From the NCBI GenBank assembly GCA_038496445.1, contig JALMLS010000100.1:186001-250000 (forward strand): DNA of 64,000 bases. Direction: 5' to 3'. The stretch is from Trichosphaerium sp. ATCC 40318. Lineage: Eukaryota; Protista; Tubulinea. Position numbers and translations under genes: made by a program. Positions 1 to 12,137 of this stretch are shown here, piece after piece; position 1 is the stretch's first letter, and each line of letters starts with the position of its first letter. The notes under the pieces are model-generated. The model ran no database searches, was not told the origin of the DNA, and was given only the letters and a program-made list of their open reading frames with translations.

Positions 1-9
1 TGGATTGTA

Positions 10-3000
10 TCACTTGGGAATACTACCTGCTGATGGTGATTTTCCATCAAATGCAATAGAAGTACAAACTGACGGCGTTGATTCAAAAATAGAACTGTAG
101 AAATGAGGCAACAAGGTGTTGTTGATCATATAAAAAAATGTAATTTGAGGAAAAACAAGAAAAAAAAAGATTTCGAGTGTGCTGAAAAGTTCATTGTGTT
201 GTCTCTTATAATCTTTTATTCAATAAAAATAGATGACATAGTAGGCTATATGTACGCTTGAAAACTTTGTGAAGGTGGTTTTGCGATTTCATTAGTAAGT
301 AACTCGCTAGCCATTGTGTATAACTCTTGTAATCCGGGGTCTGTTTCCATTTTTTCAAAACCTACAGTAAAAATATTTCTTAGTATGCAATCTTTCACTC
401 ATAACAAGACAATGAACGGTAAAACCAAAACAGAAATCCATAATGTGTGCTTTTTGAAAGTAGAAAAAAATAAGAAAAAAGTTTGTGTTCGTACCATAGT
501 CCTCAAAGGCTTGTATGCACGTTTTGAACAACTCAATCTTTTTTTCGTCTTTTTCAATCTCTGTTTTTAATCTCTTTCTAACTACCACAGCACGATTCGA
601 TGTGTTTCCATTATTAAGTGTACTCCGTTTGGCCTAGGAATGAAAAAAATGAGAAAACAAAAAAATAACTTTAACTAAACAAAAATCAAATAAAAGATAG
701 CGAGAGCGTACAGTCTCCTCTACAAATACAAACTCATCAAGTGAAAAATTTTGAATTGAGTCTTCAAACTCAATCTTATATTTATCCATACTCGAACTGA
801 ACGATATGCACTTGCCAACACGTTTCTAAATAAATCATTACAAAATCACGTCCATCAAAGAAAAAAAGCAATGGGCCTTACATCTGCTCTAATCATTACT
901 CGCTTGCCAACAAGCTGAGTTTTTTGAACTCTTCTCTTTTTTGTAGCAGGCAGAGCAGCATCAGTTATAGATCTTACAGCTGGCGCTCGTCGTTTTCGTG
1001 GACGTGGAATTACTTCATCAAACTCTTCGTCCTAAGTAACTTAATTTAGATAAAAAAAAATCTACGAGAATACCACAGGTGTGTACTATGTACCTCAGAG
1101 TCACTTGCCTCAACAACGGGTTTCTTTTTTTTGGGTGTCCTCTTTTTTGAAATTTTTAGAATCTTTTTTGTGTGAACTATATCTTTGTCTTCTGGTGTAT
1201 CACAAGAACCTCCTGATAAAGAACAATAGTATTGTTTCTTATCTTCTATAAGATCAATCTGTAACTTTGGTATTTTTCGCCACTGGGTAGAAAGAAAGAA
1301 GCGTTAGCCACACTGAACGGTAGTATAAGTAGTACTTTTCTACATTTCTGACAGTAACCATATGGCGTATCTGGCATGCTGTCTTCGCCTATTCTGGCCC
1401 ACACATTACGAATTTGTCCTGTAGGAAACGTTGCCGCCCAGTAGTGCTTCAGCCTTAAATATAAAAGTAAGAAAAAAGAAGAACACTTCATGACTTTAGA
1501 CTAAAACAACAAAAAAGTGTGACATTTTTTACCAACAATGATGTACCTTGTTGAAAGTTGGTTCTTAAAGTTAAAAAACTCAGAAGTTTGCATAAACCCC
1601 TGTTTTGTATGGTTTGGTTGTAAGAAAGAAACCTCACAAACACCAACAACACCTCTACCACGTGATGATGCTTCTGTCATCATACCAATTTTCCAATTAT
1701 ATCTAATAAGTCTATTACGTGTATAGACAAAGAAACCAAACTGTGATCCTTTTTTTTCTGGATTTGTTATACATCCCATAGTCACCTTGTTTTAACCGTT
1801 ATTTTTTAGCGACTTTAATTATCACACATGTGGTAACACGTGATCGTGATGGGATTGTTTTTATTGTTACCTTTGTCATTTTCTTTCCTCTTGGTGTATA
1901 CGATGTTGTTTGTGTCAAACAAAGTGTACGTGTTAGAATAACAGGTTGAATTAGTTTACCCTATTGATTGTACCCAGTTAATGGTTGCAATGTTAAAAAT
2001 TTTACTCATTAAATACTAGACGTACATTGATTGATATTGCACATCTGGGAACTAAGTAAAGAATACGACAATATTCCTACGAGAGTGTAAGAACAGTCAA
2101 AGTTTTTGTTACGAAACACTTTTGTTCTTTTTTGACGTACACGAAGTGAGAAAGTATGAGGTAGCTCCTGTTGTCCATTATTTTCATGTAACAAGATATC
2201 ATCATCAGTAAACACAAATTCGCAATCGCTTTCACCAGCTGTTGGATGGGAAGAGTAAGTGCTGGAAATGAAAAATGAGATTATAACATACGTTCAACAT
2301 TACCACGCTTTGCCAAGTTAGTAATCGTGATTGAAGTTCCAACTTTTGGTAGCTTCTTTATCAAGGCATTAAGCTTCGAAGGGGAGTCAGCGATAGAGTA
2401 TTCTTTTATTGCTGCTAATCCATCTTTTCCAGTTTCTGCGTCCATAATCAACTTTCCAGTTGTCTAATGTATTTATCAAAAACCAGACTATATCTATACT
2501 AACACAACAGATATATCAATAATAAACGTGTACGTACACAATCCCATGCAACCATAGGAATAAGAACTTCATCAGCATTGGTTTTTTCGAGCATTGTTTG
2601 TGATAACATACCAACACATGTATGTTTTTTAGACTTTGTAGCAACTAAAGCGTCCTTTCCAATACGCATAGATCCTAACCGAAAAAGAAATGAACATTGT
2701 TGACAGGTTAAAAGAAGAAGAAATACAATAAAAAGGACTATATGCTTACCTGATTTAAAACCGTTGCCGTACATGCCGATATTGGAATCAATTTTACTAC
2801 AATGACCTAAATAACAGTTTAATTTATTTTTTCGTTTTAACCCCACGTGCTCACGTACCAAAACTTATCATGCCCTCCAATTCGTTAACATCCATACCTT
2901 TACCATTATCGGTAAGACATATGAACTTTTTACCATCTTGTTCGCCCTTAATATAGAGTAAGGAGATTGTAAGGTTGGAAGCAAAAAAAAAAAATCAAAA

Positions 3001-3523
3001 AAGACTTCTTTTAAAAATATCATTACGTACATGAGTTATCTTGATATATGTGCATCCCGCGTCGATAGAATTATCTACGTAATGTTAAGAAAAGCGGAAA
3101 ATTGTTTCTGTACCAAGTAATTCTGCAAATGCACCAAGAGGCCAGTGATGTGATGTAGCATTAGAAACAAGGTATTTTGGATGTGTCTAATAAATTGGCG
3201 TCAAAAAGGCATTTGTAATTTGTTAAACAAAGTTAAACATCGGTTATGTGATATTTAGGCTGTTTATCGAATTCCGAGATGATTTTAAAAGACTTTAGGC
3301 CCAATAGCAATAAAAATAAGCTAACTACAATTTCCACGCTGTTTAAGTATTAAGCGCTCATTCATTAGCTATTTGTGATGTTCAAAGGTATCTTTTAAAA
3401 AAAAAAAGAGACGTTAAATAGCAAAAACAGCCATTCAGCGTCATTAGAATCTCTAAGTACCTTGGCGTGTTTTAAGCGCAAAACCTTAGCCCCATTAGCC
3501 TTTTTTTTGTTGCCATCCGACAT
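10..3523 (-). CDS. MORC: MORC-family GHKL ATPase with S5 fold, CW zinc finger, Tudor-like domain and coiled coil (multi-exon)
   Basis: Spliced translation: THPKYLVSNATSHHWPLGAFAELLDNSIDAG (GHKL motif I), IGMYGNGFKSGSMRIGKD, GRGVVGVCEVSFLQPNHTKQGF (MORC S5), PYGYCQKCRKWRKIP...YYCSLSGGSCDTPED (CW finger). The first exon MSDGNKKKANGAK (ATG 3523) is inferred. Confidence 0.9.
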
Positions 3524-3781
3524 TCTCGAAAGTGTCAATACAATTGCAATAGAACTATTAGATAGAGCAACTTTGATTGGCAATTTGGGCTTAAAGCAGA
3601 AGCAAAAAAGACCTAGGGCGACTGGCTTATTATAAGCGCTTTTCCTCGGGTTCACTGAAGGTCTGTACTTCACAGCAACCTTAGCATGACGTTTTCATCA
3701 AAAAAACTCACTGTAGAGTTGGTGTACATTTTTCGAATATTTTTGACGAAAAACTCCATAGAGCAAAAACAGTAGAACCAC

Positions 3782-4876
3782 ATGTCTTTTCAAGCTCTTC
3801 CCCGCGAAATATTACGTGAGATACTGCTATTAGCTCCATCATCTTTAGCGCTACGTGCAAGGTAAGGTTTAATTATCCGCCAATGTTCTAAATAACACTC
3901 AGGGCAGTTTGTAAACAATTTCGAAGCGTCGCTAGTGGGGTTATTACCGCAATAACTACATACGATGTCAATGGTATTTAAAACTATCTAAACGTCGTCT
4001 AAACGCATTAGGCATTGGCCTCATTGATACACTTCCTAATTTAGAGACATTAACTTGCCGTAAGCAAAACTATACATAGCGTCAACTAATAAACTATTCA
4101 AGGTGCCAAAATCACAGAGTTAACACAACAAAGAGCTCTAACGTCACTACAGTTCTATAACAAACTCCCTTCTACCAAACTAAAACACGTGACACTACCT
4201 GTTTCTCCAGAATCACCAGGTGAATGGAAACGATTAATAGAAGCTAACTTGACATCTGTTCGCATTATAAAGCATCGTCAAACTGTGCGTATGATATTTT
4301 AAAATTAGCACGTGCTTTCAAATACTCACAAGAAAAGATAGCTTGACTGTGGTGCAATTAATCTTAAAGCAAATTATGAATACAACTTTTACAGAGTAAT
4401 GTATGGTCAATTGGGCTGGGCTTCTTTTCGCATCGAGAAACCTAAGCGCCTTCAAGGATCTAAACTAGGTCCTTTACCATTTGCTCCTGCTGAGCAAAGC
4501 GCATCAAGCACCTATGACTACGAATCAATGGTGAAAGCACTACCAAAAGTAAGAACCTTTTTTTGTTTTTGGTAGGTAACCATTAATTCTACGTTTAGGA
4601 TGAATGCAGATATATTGTTTTGCGTGACAAGGATATTCAAGAAAAACCACAAGACGGATTAGTGTTTATCTACTGGTACCCTTAATATATTTGCCCATGT
4701 TTTTTAACAATTCTAACATGAAATTTAGGGGACCTGACAGCGCCACACTAAAAGACAAGCTATTTACTGCAACATGTCTTAATTGGGTTAGAGAATGGTT
4801 CCCTGCTGTAGAAAGGCGTATTCAAGCAGCTGATATGACAGACTTAACGGATGGTTTCGCTGACCTCGATGACTAA
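3782..4876 (+). CDS. F-box + ADF-H/cofilin-domain protein (multi-exon)
   Basis: N-terminus FQALPREILREILL...RAVCKQFRSVA is F-box-like. C-terminus YESMVKALPKDECRYIV...LVFIYWGPDSATLKDKLFTA...IQAADMTDL is ADF/cofilin-like. Confidence 0.8.
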
Positions 4877-4961
4877 GATTGTACTAATAAACCTTAGCAC
4901 TTAGTTTAGCTTGAAAAAATTTATTACTATCACAAAACATTCGGCAAATCATGAAGCCTTT

Positions 4962-6564
4962 CTATTTAGATGATTTAGATTCACCTTTATTTTTACTTCT
5001 TCTTGGACTACGAGGGCTCTTTTTAGACTTACTACCACTAGTCTTTCTTAGTTTTGCTTTCGCTTGTAACCTAAACATAAGAGTGTTAGTTTTTAGGCAA
5101 TCTCATAATGCTACACATACAATTCATTGGCACTTTGACGTAATTTCTTCTTTAGTGCGACCATAGGGTCTAAGATCTCTCTCAATACTACAACGATTTG
5201 TTCAAAGCTTGGTCTATCCTTCTCATCATATTTACAACACCAAAAAGCAAGGTGCACGAGTACAGGTGGGCACTCTTTTGGTATAATACCAGAACTCTTA
5301 ATTTTTTTGACATTTATGTCAAATGCATCTTGAGGTACTCGCGGTATCACCTTATTGATTTTTTTTCTTGTTATAATCTCAAAAAGAACAACACTACACG
5401 TCAAACAGATTGTCAGGTCCAAAAAAAGAGACAACAACGTACCCAAAAGAAAATACATCACATTTTGGAGTGTAGTCCATACCTAGCAAAACTTGAGGTG
5501 CCTAAAGGTGTAGGTGAGTGAGTCAAGATAGTATTAGAACAAATCTGTCTATCGTTTTTTGGAAGAAGGAGGAGTCTTACCATAAATTCGTCGGTACCAC
5601 AAATAGTGTGTAGTTTTTGTTTGTCGTGTTTTCGTGCAAACCCGAAATCTGTAAGCTTAACCTAAAGTTGTAGTTTGTACAAAACGTCAGAATTTAAAGT
5701 CAAATGTTTCCACGTTTCTGAAAAAAAACAAAATCATCTTTAATTTATCCCTCTAGTATTTAAACGTACCCGCAATCCATTATCGAGCTAGAAAAAAAAA
5801 AATACAGGCATCAACGCTCAAAACAATGAAGAAAAAAAAACAAACACATTTTGACACGTACCAAAAAATTTTGGCATTTTAAATCTCTAAAGACAATATT
5901 ACGCTCATGCATGTAATATACTGCCTTCGCTATATCCAATGCCATTCTTGTACGTACATCCCAAGGTATTACTTTATGCTTTCTTACATTATTAAGGTAC
6001 TTTCGAAGGTCTCCCTGTCGTAAAAAGTGTCAGTTGCGAAAAAATGATCACTCGGTCGGCACCTTTGGCAAGTACTCCATCACTATGTCCGCAACATCAT
6101 TTTCTCTATCGTTGTGGTACACGCAACCAATGAATACTACAATATTAGGATGACGACAAGCTCTACGAGTGCGTTAGTGATCATTTTCATTAGTGGTTGA
6201 GGAAATGAAATTGTATGGCGTATGCGCGCTTGCTAGCGCATAACGTACTTTAGTAGCGCTATTTCGCGTTTTTTAAATATACATTCCGCTTCATAGTCTC
6301 TGGTGAGCAAAGCATTTGGAGGAAGCGTCTTCTTAACAGCAACCTGCTAGAGATGAATAAAGAGAACAAATAAAAGGCTTACATCAAGTCCTAAATACGT
6401 CGCTTTGTAAACGACACCAAAGTGGCCTAAAACCATTATTACATGACTATTGAGGGCTTTCTGGGTGTGCCTCTTCCTATTTCCTTTACTACTTTTATTT
6501 TGTCACTGTCAATAGACCAGATGGTCTCTAATTCTGGTAGTGCCCCTTCTAACGCTAGTTCCAT
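4962..6564 (-). CDS. TKL protein kinase, LIMK/TESK (LISK)-like
   Basis: IGRGHFGVVY, VAVK, FRDLKCQN, DFG, ICGTDEFMAPQV, DVFSFG, LAFWCCKYDEKDRPSF. Confidence 0.85.
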
Positions 6565-6713
6565 TTTGCGATTTAGTAAATTTGGAAATGTGACTGAAAT
6601 TCAACAGTTTTCTGTGGAATTACAAACTTGAGCGGTGCAACTACATTGTTTCTTCAAAATGAGTGTTTTTATGTATTTTACAAGCGTTTTAAACGCAACT
6701 AATCCAAATGAGG

Positions 6714-7074
6714 CTAGTTGTTGGCACCTAGCACGGCGAGCACCCTCCCTTTACGTAGTTCTTTCTCTTCTTCTAATCCTAGCCGGTAAGCCCAATCTGA
6801 CATGCCTAAATGTCGGTTAACCAACGCGTAAATACGTGTAGAACGTACTGTTTAGTTTTTCAGCGAGCATTTGTGGCGGTAGACGTTCTAATACTTGAAG
6901 TATACGGGTTGTGCCTTGTAGATCATTTTCTTGAAGGCTCTTTTCGATTTCACGCATTTTAGACGTTGGAGGCGGCGTCTGGGCACTTGTAGCTGGAACA
7001 GGGGTGACAGGTGGCGCATTTTCCAGGCTAACGTCTAACTTCTCCTCCGCAAGCAGTGATAGTACGTTTTGCAT
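6714..7074 (-). CDS. LIN52: LIN52, MuvB/DREAM complex subunit (2 exons)
   Basis: C-terminal MSDWAYRLGLEEEKELRKGRVLAVL matches the LIN52 AYQLGLxExxEMTRGKxLxIL signature. N-terminal LLAEEKLD resembles the LxSxExL motif. Confidence 0.75.
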
Positions 7075-7242
7075 GTCTAACTTTAATTTTAAACTTCGAG
7101 AAAGAGAAATAGCATAAACTAAACGTACGAGCAATTTTGCGCCGTTTTTGACTAGTACAGCCAAGTATGGTTCCCGTTAGCAGCTGTTACAATTTTTTTA
7201 ATTGTGTTGACTCTCATTTAAAATAGTGTAGCTACAGCCATC

Positions 7243-8369
7243 ATGAGCACTCGCAAAATGTTTGTGCCTAACCTACCCGCCAAGAAGAACAAAGGCAACA
7301 AAGCGCGGGGCAAAAAGCGTAAAAATCAACCAATAGACACTTCTGCAATGCCCATGCGAGATATTATGCGCAACTCTAACCATGGAAAGCCAACACGCGC
7401 TGCTGCAGAACAAATGGTATAATTTTCACAAAAAAAAATTGTATTAAATGCCGTTGTAAAGGAAAGACGTAAGCGACAGAGAATTGAGCGCTTAAAACGT
7501 AAGAAAGAAAGCACTGGAAGCACAACTGCAGACCAAATAATAACGAAGGTTGTTAAAAAAGCGCCAACTCCTGCGCCACGCGCGGAAAAAAACAAATACT
7601 CAGGTCCATCAGTTCAGGTTGTCAACGGAGAACTAGGTACCGAAAAAACCTCCAATATCTTAACGGTTCTGTAACTGACGTTGCATCACTAGTGTTGAAC
7701 CCGAATTCCTTGTATGTAGAATCAAAATCAGACTATGACGCAGGTGACGCTATTATTGTAGAGGAGAATGAAAGGTAAACTTTTGAAAAATGATTATTTT
7801 TGTATTTTCGATTCTCCTTTAACCATTCTATTGTATAGGCATATTACAAGTGCAACTTATGCAAATCGTGTGAGAAGCGAAAAATGGACAGAAGACGAAA
7901 CAAATGAGTTTTATGAGGTGCTGTGACAAACATTCTGAGAATTTTCTTTGTTTTCTTGTTTTTCTTAATGTCATTTGAAGTACGGTGTTCCTAAAATTTT
8001 TACTAGGCTTTACGTATGTGTGGTACCGATTTTAGTATAATTGCAAAGTTCTTTCCTACAAGAACACGTCGTCAAATAAGAAATAAGTTTAAAAAAGAAG
8101 AGAAAGCAAATGAGCAAAGAATAGAAGAAGCAATACTAAATCCAATCAAGATGGACGTTGCAAAGTTTAGAAGATTAGCAGGGCTTGATAAAGGTGCTCA
8201 AGCTATATTAGATACCGCTGTTGTAAATATAGAAGGTGAAGAAGGTGAAGAAGGTGAGGAAGGTGAAGAAGAAGAGCAAAATGATGAAGAAGAGGAGCCA
8301 GTTTTAGAGCTTACAAGAAAGAAAAGAAGAAAATCAAAAAAAAACGAAAAGGAAGAAATGAGTGAATAG
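7243..8369 (+). CDS. BDP1: TFIIIB B'' subunit BDP1 (SANT/Myb domain)
   Basis: ITSATYANRVRSEKWTEDETNEFYEALRMCGTDFSIIAKFFPTRTRRQIRNKFKKEEK; also GPSVQVVNGELVLNPNSL. Confidence 0.92.
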
Positions 8370-8555
8370 GAGCTTGTTGGGTTCTTTTTTTAATGCGGGT
8401 TGTTCCAAACCTTTCTTAGGTGCATGGAGCTTATGTAAATAAATTATCGGATAAATAGTTCTTGTACAAAAAAGAGGTGAAGTAAACTGCAAAAGGTGGC
8501 AACTGGATATTAGGAGTCAATCTTTATTTATGACTGAATGCTTAACAGGCGTCGA

Positions 8556-8900
8556 TTACTGCCTTAAAGGCATTCCCAAAGAACGTCGTAAGTAGAATCC
8601 GTAAGTACCCATATAAGGACCCTGAGGAGTACATCCAATCTGCTTGCACCTTTCATTATGTTTTACAACAGCATAAAGTTCTTTTAGAGACAGAGCTGCT
8701 TCATTTGAGATTTCAGGGACTAACGCTAAGCGCGTGAACGCCTGAAATGCCTTAACCTTCATCGGTATCTGAAGTTGCCAAGTATAAAGATTGCGGCATA
8801 CTCCTGCAAGTACTTTGACACCTTTGTTTGTGACATTAACTCCATAGAGGTCATCGGCATTAACACTTGCAAGTTGTTTGATGCTGTCATCTGTTACGAA
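8556..8900 (-). pseudogene. 5'-truncated, frameshifted relic of the F-box/LRR family seen at 28093-29229
   Basis: VTDDSIKQLASV, VTNKGVKVLAGV, frame-shifted TDEG-KA-SGVHAL, and ISNEAALSLKELYAV vs ISDEAFLSLKGLYAV in the intact paralogue. No F-box or upstream start. Confidence 0.7.
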
Positions 8901-8975
8901 AAAGTACTACGAATACTTAATGTTGTGACTTATGATCCAAGTCAAAAGTGAAGTTTTATTAATTGTATTTAGCAG

Positions 8976-10623
8976 TTATAGTACAACAGCAAAAGTGACA
9001 ATAGTCAAGAGCCACAAAGCGTGTACAGCATGAAAAGCGGCAGATGGAGGAGCAGTTGTCATTGGGCTAGCTGTAGTAGGAGTCACAGTTGCCATTGGGC
9101 TAGCTGTAGTAGGAGTCATAGGTGTTGATGCATCAGTAGGCTCAGTTGGCGACATGGGGAATACCACCTTTTCAATTTCATATTCTTGTTGGTCTGGAAC
9201 GAAAAAATGAGCGTTCAGTGCATAAACGTCGTTCACTCGTGCTGTGCAAGTTGTAAGGCTTCCTTCTAAATATACAATTAAATAGATTGACATTTAGGAT
9301 CAGCGACTTACGGAAAGTGGAGTTATAAACACCAGTAACAGCAATTGTTGTAAAATCATCTGTTGTTTCCAAACGATACACTAAGTTGTTGGAACCAACT
9401 GCAGCAATACCACCTATGCAAAGTATTTTATTGGATACCCATAAGCTAGATTAAATGAAACTTGAAAAGATTACCTGATGCGGGATCATCACACAAACCA
9501 TCATAACCAGCAGGAGCATCTCCAATAAATTGTACTTTTGTAATGTCGGAAGTGTTCGTCAAGGACACTTTGTAGAGTTCACCTTCAGTGCGCACTATAG
9601 CAACTAACAATACATCTCCAACTATAAGAATACCATTGGGACCAATACCAAAACCTGAACCACCTACAAATAGAGCGTCACGTGACAAGGAAAAGCGCCA
9701 AACACTTGTTCTTTTACCTGCCCACTCAGTTGGCCTGGAAATCGTAGTAACTTCGTCGGTATTGGCTTCTACCTTCCATACCTTCGCACCAAGTGAATCT
9801 GTCGCATAAATATCACCTGTAGATTCGTGTACAACTAGTTGTACTCAGTTAGAGCAAGAGGCAAAAACAGAAGAAAAAGCGAAACAGGCGTACTCAAATC
9901 ATTACAAAATGGCGTCAAGTCGGTGCCTGTTAAATTAATAAGCTTGATAAAGTCACCTGTATCCAATTGCCACTCTGCTACCTATTTACGAATCACGTGT
10001 TAGACCCAATTTAAAAGCCGCTTATCGTGGAGGTACACAACGTACGTATGAGGGTCCTGGTACATTTGGAAACCCTAGTAGTACAGTTCTATACGAAACA
10101 CAACCGTATACTCTCTAGTAAAAAGAACACTCCTTAGCGTTAACCCTGGTACTTTTTTACGCACGTTTCTGCCTTCGCTCATAGCGAGACCAATTATTGA
10201 ACTCCCAGGAGCCCCGGTTATAGGACCATATGCTGTGGTTGTCCTACACGTGATTATTAATCACTAGCTAATTTGGTAACTTCAAAATAAACTGAAAAAT
10301 AAAATTTTGCCCTCGATTGGGAAACGAACCCGTTGTCTTGTACCATAAATAAGCTACCATTGGTGAACGAAGATAACAAGAAATTTGATGAGCTTGACTA
10401 CAAAGGACACAAGTTAACAAACTAGAACAAAACATCAAAATGACATACCCAAGCAATGCCTTCAGGCGAAATGCCGGTTGCCATCGCTTTAATCCTACGT
10501 ATCGGTGTTAGCCGGAGGAATAGGGAAAACAAGTAAGCGGTTTAAAAAAGTGTACACGTCGGCAGAATGAGCCACGAACAAGAAGGAAATGAAACACGCG
10601 AGGAAGAGATGTTGTTGTATCAT
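8976..10623 (-). CDS. Secreted SMP-30/gluconolactonase-like beta-propeller with Pro/Thr stalk and probable GPI signal
   Basis: Signal peptide MIQQHLFLACFISFLFVAHSA; GISPEGIAW, FCND, GDIYATDS, GPNGI, GYDGL; PT-rich tail followed by a hydrophobic C-terminus. Confidence 0.75.
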
Positions 10624-11028
10624 TGATAATCAGAAAATGACTTAACAAAAAACAAAAGCACCAAATAGGGAACACAAAAGCTAGAACAGTGAACAAGGCA
10701 AAACTTACTTGCTTTAAGCTGATAAACGGTAGAAAAACAAGGGATATGTAATTGGAACCACGACACAAAAGATCAAGGCACTTGCCTTAAAAAAAACCAA
10801 CAATACCACAAAGCTACAAGTGGCTTTTTTTTTGTTCATGTATTTCACCTTCCTTGCCTTATGGTAGCTGTAGGTAAAGATTCGTATCTCGTAACGGTTC
10901 TATGTCAAAACTTTACTTGCAAGCATGCTATCAACACAAAATTTTGACATAAGAATACGACGTCTGCAGGGTTTTTTCAAACATACACAAAGTTCTGCTG
11001 ATGTTTACTTAGAGAATAAAACAAGACG

Positions 11029-11431
11029 CTAACACTTGTCCCTACAGCTAAACGCGACATTGATACAATCTTCTCCTCCGTTTTGTCTACATTCTCTGTA
11101 TTCTACCATGCATGCGGTTACACAAGGGTTCCTGGTTGGTGGTTTCCTCTTGATACAACCTATGGTGCAGTCTATCTTGTCTCTTGAACATGTCTTCCTT
11201 TTATTACGAGATCTCCCGTCTACACACTTATTGTATGTTTTATGGCATGCCTTTTCACATTGCTGTCGCTGATTACTTTGCTGTCGTGGATTGCCTGAAG
11301 ATTGGCAACAAAAGGCAAACGTTAACGTGATATTAGCTTGTTGGGTCTTTTTTCGCGTTATATCACAGGAAACGTACGGAACATAGTGCTACTAGAGCGA
11401 GAAGAGATAGTATTAGTGACAAGTGATGCAT
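11029..11431 (-). CDS. Small secreted 12-Cys peptide (2 exons; absent from ORF track)
   Basis: Signal exon MHHLSLILSLLALVALCS, phase-0 intron gtacgt...gacag, then two C-x3-C-x6-C-xn-C-x6-C-x3-C units ending CRDKC*. Confidence 0.75.
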
Positions 11432-12137
11432 TGTTCGTTACTGTTTTTTACAATTATGGTCAAGTTTTATCTTGCTCTCCTTTTGTGCACTCTGTACAAA
11501 CTAAAACTAGCGCTAGTTAAACACCATAACACATATATCCTATTTCTTCATTAACACATGATATCACGTGAATTGAACTTTAAGAAATAGTTAAAAAACA
11601 GCCTTTGTCCCAATCGATAATCCAGTACTTCTGCAACAAGTCAAAACCAAAGTTTGGTGCTCATGAAAGCGACGCTAGCGCCCAACTAAATTACTAATCG
11701 GAATTGAACCGATTTTTTGACAACATAGCCAGCTGGTTCTTTAAATGGTATGTATGCTAAAATATTCATGTTTTCGTATGTGCGTAGCTCAGAACAGTAG
11801 CCTGCATTTGTAGAGTTCATACTGTTTTAAACAGTTATGTAGATTCCACAGAACAAGTTCAGAAGAAATAGGTACATTGGCACTTACGAAAATGTGCTCA
11901 AGGTTAAAAGTTTTTTGAACCAAAGTAGCGAAATCAAACCAAAACCTTCAGTTGTTCTCTTCTTTCAAAACAACAATCCCTCGTGGACTTGAATTAGGTT
12001 CGCAGGAAGAGGCGCGTTATGTTCCTCTGAGGTCGTCTTAGCAGGTCCTCGGGTAATTCTAAAGACTGTGGTCTAACAAACACCAATAGAAGAAAAAAAC
12101 AAATTTTTTTATCATTACAGAAAAAACAGTACATTTC

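Noticed and set aside
11900-12132. Possible 3' UTR intron/exon of LUC7 as an NMD autoregulatory device
   Set aside because: The donor is only ~5 nt after the stop and there is no transcript evidence.
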